From a virus, in the IMG/VR virus record IMGVR_UViG_3300008952_000003, positions 96,001 through 160,000 of that record: a DNA stretch of 64,000 nt; one strand, given 5' to 3'. The notes under the pieces were generated by a model that saw only the letters and a list, made by a program, of their open reading frames with translations, did not search any database and was not told where the DNA came from. Below are positions 28,852 through 36,829 of the stretch, in pieces; position 1 is the stretch's first letter, and each line of letters opens with the position of its first letter. A program made the translations under genes and the position numbers.

Positions 28852-30036
28852 TTGCTATTTCAGACACTTGACGATAAGAGAGAGTGTGTCGGTATATATT
28901 ATGAAGGCGATCTTTTGTTCAATCAGTCCCTCCCGACAGACCTGACTCACACTTGGTCATATTCCAGTTTTCTGGCAGATCGAGATATTGAGTATGCTAA
29001 GATTTATTGTGGGGGATTATCCCTGCGAGAAGCTTGTCCTGACCACCTAGCAGAGCGCTGGAGCCACGTAGAAGAGAAGCTTAGATCTTTCCTTAAATCT
29101 TTTCATACAGCCCGTGTATCGCTCGATAAGAACTGTTTTTTTGATTTAGTGCCTAGAAAGTTCCTTTTGGAGATGAGCTATGTAAAGAACATGATTTGTG
29201 AATATATTTTTGCGAATTATGAAAAGCCCAAAGACTACGATTATCTCTTATCCCTGACTAAGGATATCGAAGAGATAAGACATAGGAAGTTGAACATAAA
29301 CTCAAAAAATCTATCACTGTACAAATCAAAGCATAGAAAATTTGCACGAAAACTAAACGAACTGGAGCCTTACTGCAAGTTCAATATTAATGGCACGAAA
29401 ACGGGGCGCCTAACGAGCAACCCTGCAGGCTTCCCCATCCTCACTCTGGCCAAAGAACTTCGTTGTGTGATTGAACCCAAGAATGACTATTTCGTCGAGC
29501 TTGATTTCAATGCTGCCGAATTGAGAACTCTCATGGCGCTACAAGGAAAGAGCCAGCCAAAAGGAGATATTCATATGTGGAATATTAAAAATGTTTTTCG
29601 AGGCATTGGAACGAGAGAAGAAGCCAAAAGGAGAATATTTGCGTGGCTATACAATCCGGAAAGTCACGACTATCTGTGTGAAAGGTTCTATGATAGAGAG
29701 TCGATAGTTAAAAAATATTTTACCCAAGGACAAGTAACCACCTTTTTCGATAAGAGAATAGTCTCAGAGAAGAGAACTGCCCTAAACTACATCATTCAGA
29801 GTACGTGTGCAGAAAATGTTTTGAGGCAAATGATTAAAGTATCTAATTACTTAAAAGGGTCGAATTCACATCTGGCTTTTCCGATTCACGACTCCGTAGT
29901 CCTAGACATGACAAAAGAAGATTTAAGCAACTTGCCAAAAATCATAGATATCTTTTCAGACACAGAACTGGGGAAATTCAAGGTTAATGTCAGTAAGGGT
30001 GTGAACTTCGGCCAACTAGTGAAAGTGAGGGCCTAA
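28852..30036 (+). CDS. polA: Minimal family A DNA polymerase
   Basis: TKTGRLTS, motif A LDFNAAELR, motif B REEAKRRIFAWLY, motif C IHDSVV. Only 394 aa; TTG start. Confidence 0.8.
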   Translation: MLFQTLDDKRECVGIYYEGDLLFNQSLPTDLTHTWSYSSFLADRDIEYAKIYCGGLSLREACPDHLAERWSHVEEKLRSFLKSFHTARVSLDKNCFFDLVPRKFLLEMSYVKNMICEYIFANYEKPKDYDYLLSLTKDIEEIRHRKLNINSKNLSLYKSKHRKFARKLNELEPYCKFNINGTKTGRLTSNPAGFPILTLAKELRCVIEPKNDYFVELDFNAAELRTLMALQGKSQPKGDIHMWNIKNVFRGIGTREEAKRRIFAWLYNPESHDYLCERFYDRESIVKKYFTQGQVTTFFDKRIVSEKRTALNYIIQSTCAENVLRQMIKVSNYLKGSNSHLAFPIHDSVVLDMTKEDLSNLPKIIDIFSDTELGKFKVNVSKGVNFGQLVKVRA

Positions 30037-30038
30037 TT

Positions 30039-30878
30039 TTGAATATCGTAGGCATAGGATCCGCAGGATGCAACATAGCAAGCCACTTCGGCGAATATCC
30101 ACAATATGAAATATACAAGATTGATGTTGGCATCGAAGGGGAGAGATGCTACAGCGTCCCGCACTGTGAGACTGCCGAAGAGTACGAGGCAGTAAAACTA
30201 CCAAGAATGAAGACATTCTTTAAGGGTATGAAAGGCGAAACACTTGTTGTGGTTGGTGGCTCGGGAAAAATTTCTTGTGCGTCTCTTCGTATCTTGGAGA
30301 ACATTAAAAAACTACCAATTTCAATTTTATATATAAAGCCAGATATGACATTATTGAATGGCTCCTCCCTTCTACGCGAACGTGTTGTATTTGGGGTCTT
30401 GCAGGAATATACAAGATCGGGAGTTTTTGAAAAGATGTATCTCGTATCAAACGAGATGCTAGATGAGATACTTGATGGCGCTCCGATTATAGGATATCAT
30501 GAGAGGCTCAATGAAATCCTGGTTCCAACATTTCATATGCTAAACGTATTCAGCAACAATGAACCGATCATCGGAAAGATAGAGAAGCCGAAAATCACAC
30601 ATAGAATTGTGACCCTCGGCCTATACGATCCCGACCAAAATCAGGAAAAAAAGTTTTTTTCGCTTGACAATGTGAGAGAAAAATGCTATATTTATGGTAT
30701 CAACGAAGAGAAGCTTAAGAATGACGGAAAGTTATTCAAGAAGATAATGAGTCAAGTGAAATCGAAATCAGAAGAAAATGTTAAGATATCCTACGCCGTG
30801 TATTCTACGAATTATGACTATGATATCGCGTATGTTATCGAAAGAACTCCATACGTTCAGGCTCAAAATAATGAATAA
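30039..30878 (+). CDS. Tubulin/FtsZ-family GTPase-like protein (PhuZ/TubZ-like)
   Basis: N-terminal IVGIGSAGCNIA Rossmann loop, degenerate GGSG signature, IxP.....R and LVSN elements. Confidence 0.65.
   Translation: MNIVGIGSAGCNIASHFGEYPQYEIYKIDVGIEGERCYSVPHCETAEEYEAVKLPRMKTFFKGMKGETLVVVGGSGKISCASLRILENIKKLPISILYIKPDMTLLNGSSLLRERVVFGVLQEYTRSGVFEKMYLVSNEMLDEILDGAPIIGYHERLNEILVPTFHMLNVFSNNEPIIGKIEKPKITHRIVTLGLYDPDQNQEKKFFSLDNVREKCYIYGINEEKLKNDGKLFKKIMSQVKSKSEENVKISYAVYSTNYDYDIAYVIERTPYVQAQNNE
30664..30692 (+). promoter_or_regulatory. Sigma70-type promoter inside the tubulin gene
   Basis: TTGACA-17-TATATT with extended TG. Confidence 0.7.
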
Positions 30879-30893
30879 ATTTTAATAAAGTTC

Positions 30894-30922
30894 TTGACAA
30901 TCTGGAAGGATTGTGTTATATT
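30894..30922 (+). promoter_or_regulatory. Sigma70-type promoter for the SSB gene
   Basis: TTGACA-17-TATATT with extended TG. Confidence 0.85.
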
Positions 30923-30928
30923 AATACT

Positions 30929-31035
30929 AATGATAACGTTACTGTTGTTATTGATTTAAGACAAAAAAATAGCAGAATAAGAGATTTGTTATTCTGACTT
31001 TAGCCGAATGGCACACTACACTAGGAGAAAATTAA
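30929..31035 (+). promoter_or_regulatory. Structured 5' leader of the SSB gene
   Basis: Hairpins 30929-30952 (9 bp incl. G-U) and 30973-30996 (8 bp) precede the AGGAG SD. Confidence 0.45.
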
Positions 31036-31815
31036 ATGGGATTAGATTTAACAAAAATTCGAGCACGACTCGATACTGTAAAGAGCAATGGAAAGGCAGG
31101 CGGTTCTTTTTGGCGTCCACAGGATGGACAACAAGTTATTCGAATTGTTCCGACTTCCGACGGAGACCCCTTCAAGGATTATTGGTTTCACTATAATCTC
31201 GGCCCCGAGCAGCGCGGCGGACTATTATGCCCGAAGAAGAATCACGATGAGGCATGCCCCATCTGTGATTTCAAAGATCAACTTTGGAAGGAATATAACG
31301 CCACTCAAGACACGGATACTCTTAAGTTGGCAAAAGACATGACTCCTCGACAGAGGTTTTTCTCTCCCGTTATGGTGCGAGGGGAGGAATCAGAAGGTAT
31401 TCGAATTTGGGGATATGGTAAAGAGGCTTATACCTCCTTGCTCAACCTGGTTCTAAATCCAGAATATGGCGACATCACTGACGTCGATGATGGAACCGAC
31501 CTGACTTTGACCTACGGAAAGCCTCCTGGGGCGAATTTTCCAAAAACAACTTTGACCCCCCGACGCCGCACTTCGCCACTTTGCGACGAAGCTGTCGGTG
31601 GAGATGATGAGTGCTCTCGTTTGTTGGAAAACATTCCTAAATTCGATAACCTGTTTCAGGTAAAGACGCCAGAAGAGGTTCAGGAGACTCTTGATACGTT
31701 TGCTAGCTCGCTCGGCGAAGCTTCAGATACGCCCGAGAAATCTGAAATTTATGAACCATCTTCTTCTGACACCCCAGAAGTTTTGGCAGCCTTTAACGAG
31801 TTGACAGGAAATTAA
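31036..31815 (+). CDS. Single-stranded DNA-binding protein (T4 gp32-like)
   Basis: FWRP..G...IRIVP...DPF....HY, CP......CPIC zinc ligands, IWGYG, DITD...G.D, acidic C-tail. Confidence 0.8.
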   Translation: MGLDLTKIRARLDTVKSNGKAGGSFWRPQDGQQVIRIVPTSDGDPFKDYWFHYNLGPEQRGGLLCPKKNHDEACPICDFKDQLWKEYNATQDTDTLKLAKDMTPRQRFFSPVMVRGEESEGIRIWGYGKEAYTSLLNLVLNPEYGDITDVDDGTDLTLTYGKPPGANFPKTTLTPRRRTSPLCDEAVGGDDECSRLLENIPKFDNLFQVKTPEEVQETLDTFASSLGEASDTPEKSEIYEPSSSDTPEVLAAFNELTGN

Positions 31816-31830
31816 AATACATGCCGCAGG

Positions 31831-31856
31831 TGGGGCACGGGCTTACAGGTGTCCCA
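31831..31856 (+). other. GC-rich hairpin without U-tract between SSB and slyD
   Basis: TGGGGCAC / GTGTCCCA 8-bp stem with a 10-nt loop. Confidence 0.45.
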
Positions 31857-31878
31857 AATTTATAAATAAAGGATTATT

Positions 31879-32322
31879 ATGTCTACAGTAAAAAATGGTG
31901 ATCACGTTTTGGTCAATTATCGTGGAACGCTTGCCGATGGAGAAGAGTTTGACAACTCGTATACACGAGGGGCCCCGCTCCCCGTAGAAGTCGGAGATAA
32001 AAAATTGATTCGCGGCTTTAGCGATGCTATTGTTGGAATGTCAGCAGGGGAAAAGAAGACGGTGGCTCTCCACCCGGACGAGGCCTACGGTGACCCCAAT
32101 CCGGCGGCTATCACCCACATTGATCTTACAGCATTCCCGCCAGATTTAGAATTGAGCATCGGCATGCCGATCCCACTCGCATCCCCTGATGGCCACCAGG
32201 CAATCGGCCATGTTGTGCAGATTAATGAACAGGCAGTTACGGTTGATTTAAATCACCCCCTTGCTGGCCAGATTCTGACATTTGAAATTGAGTTGGTTGA
32301 GATTGTAGAAGAGGGTTCGTAA
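31879..32322 (+). CDS. slyD: FKBP-type peptidyl-prolyl isomerase (SlyD/SlpA-like)
   Basis: V.V.YRGTLADGEEFDNS, LIRGFSDA..GM..GEKK.V...P.EAYG, VDLNHPLAGQ.LTFEIE; no His-rich tail. Confidence 0.92.
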   Translation: MSTVKNGDHVLVNYRGTLADGEEFDNSYTRGAPLPVEVGDKKLIRGFSDAIVGMSAGEKKTVALHPDEAYGDPNPAAITHIDLTAFPPDLELSIGMPIPLASPDGHQAIGHVVQINEQAVTVDLNHPLAGQILTFEIELVEIVEEGS

Positions 32323-33438
32323 TTGGCAAAGAAAACAACATCCGGTAGGCTCTCTGTGAGCGAGATGCGAAAGCTTGTTAATAAAAGGGCTGGCATGCCC
32401 GTCGCCCACAATTTAAAGGAAGCGAATCCGACCGAGGTCACCCAATGGATTCCTACTGGTTCTCGCTGGCTTGATTCTATCATTAGTCGAGGAAAACTAG
32501 CAGGCATCCCGGTTGGAAAAGTTGTTGAAATCGCCGGCCTGGAGTCAACTGGGAAGTCATACATGGCGGCTCAAATTGCAGCAAATGCCCAAAAGATGGG
32601 GATGGATGTTGTCTATTTCGACTCCGAGTCTGCCATTGATCCAGCTTTTTTAGAGAATACAGGTTGCGATTTAGAGAAGCTCCTTTATATCCAGGCCACG
32701 TCAGTCGAATTCGTCCTAGAGACGATCCAAGAGCTACTCGGCGCCGATAATCAGATTTTGTTTATTTGGGATTCGCTAGCTTTGACACCAGCCATTTCAG
32801 ACGTGGAGGGGGATTTTAATCCCCAGTCTTCCATGGCAGTGAAAGCCAGGATCCTTGGTAAAGCGATGTCAAAGCTCACTGTTCCGATCGCAAACACCAA
32901 GTCCACTTTTCTTGTTTTGAATCAGTTGAAGACAAATATCACTCGTTCGCCAAGTGAGGCGATGACGACGCCATATGTGACTCCGGGCGGAAAAGCCATG
33001 ATTTATGCATATTCTTTGCGTATCTGGCTTACCGGAAGAAAGGCAAAGGCGAGTTTCGTCACTGATGAAAATGGATTTCGTATTGGCTCAGAGGTTAAGG
33101 TAAAACTTGAGAAATCTCGATTTGGAACCCAGGGCCGCCGATGCAATTTTAGAATTTTGTGGGGAGGCGACAGGGTTGCCATCCAGGATGATGAGTCTTT
33201 GTTCGAGGCCATAAAGGGATCCGACAACATCCTCCAGTCCGGAGCGTGGTTCACCATGGTTCACGAAGATGGATCAATGGAGAAATTCCAAGCCTCAAAG
33301 TGGGTTGAGAAGATGGAAGGTGATAAATTCCGACAGAGAGTTTATCAAATAATGGACGAAGAAGTTATCATGAAATTCGATACCCGTGAAGGAAAAGCGG
33401 AAGATTTTTATGAAACCGAAGAGATTATAGAAATTTAA
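32323..33438 (+). CDS. recA: RecA/UvsX-like recombinase
   Basis: IPTGS..LD, Walker A GLESTGKS, DSESA, WDSLA, NQLK, TPGGKA...AY. Confidence 0.92.
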   Translation: MAKKTTSGRLSVSEMRKLVNKRAGMPVAHNLKEANPTEVTQWIPTGSRWLDSIISRGKLAGIPVGKVVEIAGLESTGKSYMAAQIAANAQKMGMDVVYFDSESAIDPAFLENTGCDLEKLLYIQATSVEFVLETIQELLGADNQILFIWDSLALTPAISDVEGDFNPQSSMAVKARILGKAMSKLTVPIANTKSTFLVLNQLKTNITRSPSEAMTTPYVTPGGKAMIYAYSLRIWLTGRKAKASFVTDENGFRIGSEVKVKLEKSRFGTQGRRCNFRILWGGDRVAIQDDESLFEAIKGSDNILQSGAWFTMVHEDGSMEKFQASKWVEKMEGDKFRQRVYQIMDEEVIMKFDTREGKAEDFYETEEIIEI

Positions 33439-33463
33439 CAGAATTGAAAAGTAGGAGGAAGAG

Positions 33464-33769
33464 ATGAAACAATTATTTAAAATCGCACTGCTGGCAATGG
33501 CAATCGTGATCCCGCTCGATGATGCAGAGGCATGTGAAAGGTGTGAATCAACTAAGGTGTGGGTAGACGCTTATCGCGATAGCCATGGCCATTATCACGA
33601 GAGTCACTGGAGGATCGTTGAATTGTGCCGACAACCCCCGCCACCACGCCCTCGGGTGATTATCCGAGTCCCAACAGTGACATTGCGTCCTGGACATGTT
33701 CATCATCGCCATCACACGGCGACACGACGTACACACTCGGTCCATTATCGCGGTCATCATCATCGATAG
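33464..33769 (+). CDS. Small secreted His/Arg-rich protein
   Basis: Signal peptide (MKQLFKIALLAMAIVIPLDDAEA), WVDAYRDSHGHYHESHW, poly-Pro and His-rich tail; AGGAGG SD. Confidence 0.6.
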   Translation: MKQLFKIALLAMAIVIPLDDAEACERCESTKVWVDAYRDSHGHYHESHWRIVELCRQPPPPRPRVIIRVPTVTLRPGHVHHRHHTATRRTHSVHYRGHHHR

Positions 33770-33789
33770 TCTGCGCGTGTAACCTCTTT

Positions 33790-33819
33790 TTGTCTATTGG
33801 GGGGCCAACTTACTATATT
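33790..33819 (+). promoter_or_regulatory. Possible sigma70 promoter for a leaderless J-domain gene
   Basis: TTGTCT-18-TATATT; ATG 33825 lies 5 nt downstream with no SD. Confidence 0.35.
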
Positions 33820-33824
33820 ATAGT

Positions 33825-34475
33825 ATGCCAGCCCACAAAGACAAACTGAGGAATCATAAATTATTATTCGAATTGAAATTTCTCTACGCAGACCTAGAGT
33901 ACCACAGGGTAGCTGTGGACGAAGCAGGAAGAGATTTTCAGAAAGAATTAGTAAAGAAATATGAAGGCGATGGCGGATTGAATGCGACCCCGCAGGCCGA
34001 ACCTCACTCCGAGGAGTCCGGTGTTCAGGAAGCTGTATCAGAAGGTATTAGCGATATATACCAGATAGATAAAAAAGATATCGATAAAGAAGTCAAAGAT
34101 TTGTACAAAAAGATAGTCACAATAACTCATCCCGACAAGCTAACCTCACTTTCCAAGTCGGAGAGGGAGCACAAGAGGGGGTTGTTCTTGAAGGCATCCG
34201 AAGCTGCAGAAGAAAACCGACTTTTTGCTTTGCAACAAATAGCTCTAGACCTTGGTATCGACATCGGCGACCTGAGTGATGATCAGGTGAGGATACTCAA
34301 ACTAGAGTCGAAAAAGATAAAAAAAGAAATTGATAAAATGACGAATTCTTATGCTTGGGTTTGGTATAATGAGGACTCTGAAGAGATAAAAGACGAACTG
34401 ATAACAAGATATGGCGAAATCATAAAGTCGCTATCGAAAGAGACTGAAAGCGAAAATTCGGAGAAAGAAGAGTGA
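33825..34475 (+). CDS. J-domain (DnaJ-like) protein
   Basis: KEVKDLYKKIVTITHPDKL...LFLKASEA: helix II-HPD-helix III, flanked by coiled coils. Confidence 0.7.
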   Translation: MPAHKDKLRNHKLLFELKFLYADLEYHRVAVDEAGRDFQKELVKKYEGDGGLNATPQAEPHSEESGVQEAVSEGISDIYQIDKKDIDKEVKDLYKKIVTITHPDKLTSLSKSEREHKRGLFLKASEAAEENRLFALQQIALDLGIDIGDLSDDQVRILKLESKKIKKEIDKMTNSYAWVWYNEDSEEIKDELITRYGEIIKSLSKETESENSEKEE

Positions 34476-35428
34476 AAAGATTATTAGTCATTGATGCACT
34501 CAATGCATATTTCAGGGCCTATATCGTAGACCCGAGCTTATCTGCCAATGGTCAGCCAATTGGTGGATATAAGGGCTTCATCAAGATTTTACAAAAACTA
34601 TGCCGAGAAATGAAGCCTGATGAAATTATCATAGCTTGGGATGGTGCAGGCGGATCCCAGAGAAGGAAGGCTGTTAACAAGAATTATAAAGAGGGCCGCA
34701 AGCCAATTCGCCTGAATAGGGACATTCGAAACTTAACCGAAGACGAAGAAATGAAAAATAAGGTCTGGCAACAGCACAGGCTCATGGAGATACTCAACGA
34801 GATGCCCGTTATCCAGTTGATGAATGATGGCGTCGAAGCAGATGATATTATCTCTTACGTTGTTCAACTTCCGCACTACGAGGGGTGGCAAAAGATTATT
34901 GTTTCTAGTGATAAGGACTTTTTCCAACTTTGCGATGACGAGACTATCCTCTATAGGCCAATCCAAAAAAAGTTTGTCAATAAGCCAAGAATCCTAGAAG
35001 AGTACTCAATACACCCAGACAACTTTGCGCTAGCTAGAGCAATCGCAGGCGACAAGTCCGACAATCTGCCTGGGGCAAAGGGTGTAGGCCTCGCTACCAT
35101 TTCAAAGAGGTTTCCCTTTTTCGCAGAAGAGTCAGGCGCAAATTTTGAAAAACTATTTGAATTTTGTGAAAATGACAATACGAACTTGAGAGTTTTCTCT
35201 TCTATTCTCGATAATAGGGAGATCATTGTAGAGAATTATAAGATCATGCAATTGTATTCTCCATCAATATCTATCGACGGAAAAAACAGGATAAAGCATA
35301 TCGTTGATAATTATGAACCTCAGTTCAACAAAACCGAGGTGATAAAGAGGATGGCCACCGATGGCTTCGGGGAGTGGAATACATCATCACTATTCGCTAC
35401 TTTTAAAAGAATCACAAGTAATGTTTGA
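34472..35428 (+). CDS. 5'-3' exonuclease / RNase H (T4 Rnh, PolI N-terminal family)
   Basis: LLVIDALN, WDG.GGS..R......YK..R, EADD, SSDKDF.QL, GDKSDNLPG.KGVG. Confidence 0.92.
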   Translation: MKRLLVIDALNAYFRAYIVDPSLSANGQPIGGYKGFIKILQKLCREMKPDEIIIAWDGAGGSQRRKAVNKNYKEGRKPIRLNRDIRNLTEDEEMKNKVWQQHRLMEILNEMPVIQLMNDGVEADDIISYVVQLPHYEGWQKIIVSSDKDFFQLCDDETILYRPIQKKFVNKPRILEEYSIHPDNFALARAIAGDKSDNLPGAKGVGLATISKRFPFFAEESGANFEKLFEFCENDNTNLRVFSSILDNREIIVENYKIMQLYSPSISIDGKNRIKHIVDNYEPQFNKTEVIKRMATDGFGEWNTSSLFATFKRITSNV

Positions 35429-35453
35429 CAAATGCGATATTTGATGTTATATT
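35425..35453 (+). promoter_or_regulatory. Sigma70-type promoter for dnaB
   Basis: TTGACA-17-TATATT with extended TG. Confidence 0.8.
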
Positions 35454-35473
35454 AACATTAGATAGGGGGGCGA

Positions 35474-36829
35474 ATGTCCAAAGAAGATTTTAGTCAATAT
35501 GGTAAAGATTTTCAAGAAATGCTATGCCATTTGATTTTGATCGATAGGCCATTCGCCGATCAGATGTTTGAGGTCATAGATGTAAATTTCCTAGAGTTAA
35601 AATATCTTCAGGAGTTTATAAATCTGATCTCCTCTTATCGAGATAAATTTTCAGTACACCCAACTGAAAAAATAATGACCTCGATTTTGAGGACAGAGAT
35701 AGGAAATTTAAATGAATCCGTCCAGCAACAAGTCAGGAATTTTTTTGCTAGAATATCCAAGTTGGACATCCACGATGCTACATACATTAAAGAGACTTCT
35801 TTGGATTTTTGTCGCAAGCAAAAGCTCAAAGAAGCTATGCTTAGGTCTGTTAAGCTTTTACGGAAATCTTCGTTTGATGAAATTGCGGAAGTCATCAATG
35901 AGGCCCTCCGCTTAGGGTCGGATTCAAATTTCGGACATGATTATCTGAAGGATTTCGAACAAAGATTCATCCTTAAGGCCCGCAATCCAGTCCCGACGGG
36001 TTGGGACGAGATTGATAGCATAACCCACCAAGGTCTCGGCGCCGGCGAGCTAGGAGTCGTCATCGCTCCGACCGGAGCAGGCAAATCTATGGCCCTTGTT
36101 CACATTGGGTCGCAAGCTCTCATCGCCGGAAAGAATGTGATTTATTATACCCTGGAGCTTTCAGACACAGTAGTGGGCTCCAGATTTGATTCTTGTATAA
36201 CCAAGGTTCCGTTGGGGAGCCTCCACTCTTTTAAAGAAGAGATATATGAAAAGATTCAAGATTTAGAGGGAAAACTAATTGTCAAGGAATACCCAACGAA
36301 ATCTTCAAGCGTCAATACCTTGAAGCACCATTTAGAAAAATTAAAAAATCGTGGATTTGTTCCCGACGTCATAATCGTGGATTATGCGGATCTTTTAAGG
36401 CCTGCATCAAATTTAAGAGAGAAAAGGCATGAACTGGAGACTATTTATGAGCAGTTGAGAGCTTTGGCACAAGTACACAAATGTTGCGTATGGACTGCCT
36501 CGCAAACAAACCGATCTGGATTGAATGCTGAAGTGATCACGATGGAATCTATATCAGAGGCTTTTAATAAATGTTTTGTTGCAGATTTTATATTTTCAAT
36601 CTCTCGAACTGCCGAGGACAAATTGAATAACGAAGGCCGCGTGTTTATCGCAAAGAATAGGAATGGGGTCGACGGAGTGGTGTATCCAATTTATATGAAT
36701 ACTTCAAATATCACGATTAAGATTCATCCAAGTACTGGCGAGACGATAGGAGAGGTCAAGCTCGAAGCCAAGAAAAGGCAAGAAAAGAAAATGAAAGAGA
36801 AATATGCCAAATGGAAGGGGAAAAAATAA
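35474..36829 (+). CDS. dnaB: Replicative DNA helicase (DnaB / T4 gp41-like)
   Basis: Walker A APTGAGKS, YTLELS, IIVDYADLL, WTASQTNRSG, KNRNG. Confidence 0.93.
   Translation: MSKEDFSQYGKDFQEMLCHLILIDRPFADQMFEVIDVNFLELKYLQEFINLISSYRDKFSVHPTEKIMTSILRTEIGNLNESVQQQVRNFFARISKLDIHDATYIKETSLDFCRKQKLKEAMLRSVKLLRKSSFDEIAEVINEALRLGSDSNFGHDYLKDFEQRFILKARNPVPTGWDEIDSITHQGLGAGELGVVIAPTGAGKSMALVHIGSQALIAGKNVIYYTLELSDTVVGSRFDSCITKVPLGSLHSFKEEIYEKIQDLEGKLIVKEYPTKSSSVNTLKHHLEKLKNRGFVPDVIIVDYADLLRPASNLREKRHELETIYEQLRALAQVHKCCVWTASQTNRSGLNAEVITMESISEAFNKCFVADFIFSISRTAEDKLNNEGRVFIAKNRNGVDGVVYPIYMNTSNITIKIHPSTGETIGEVKLEAKKRQEKKMKEKYAKWKGKK

Noticed and set aside
6177-31009. TAGCCGAAT shared after the MCP stop (6177) and in the SSB leader (31001)
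   Set aside because: A 9-mer match is plausible by chance in 64 kb, and flanks do not extend the similarity.
31801-31830. TTGACA at 31801 (also 43108 and 39279) as promoters
   Set aside because: No acceptable -10 hexamer at 16-18 nt spacing.
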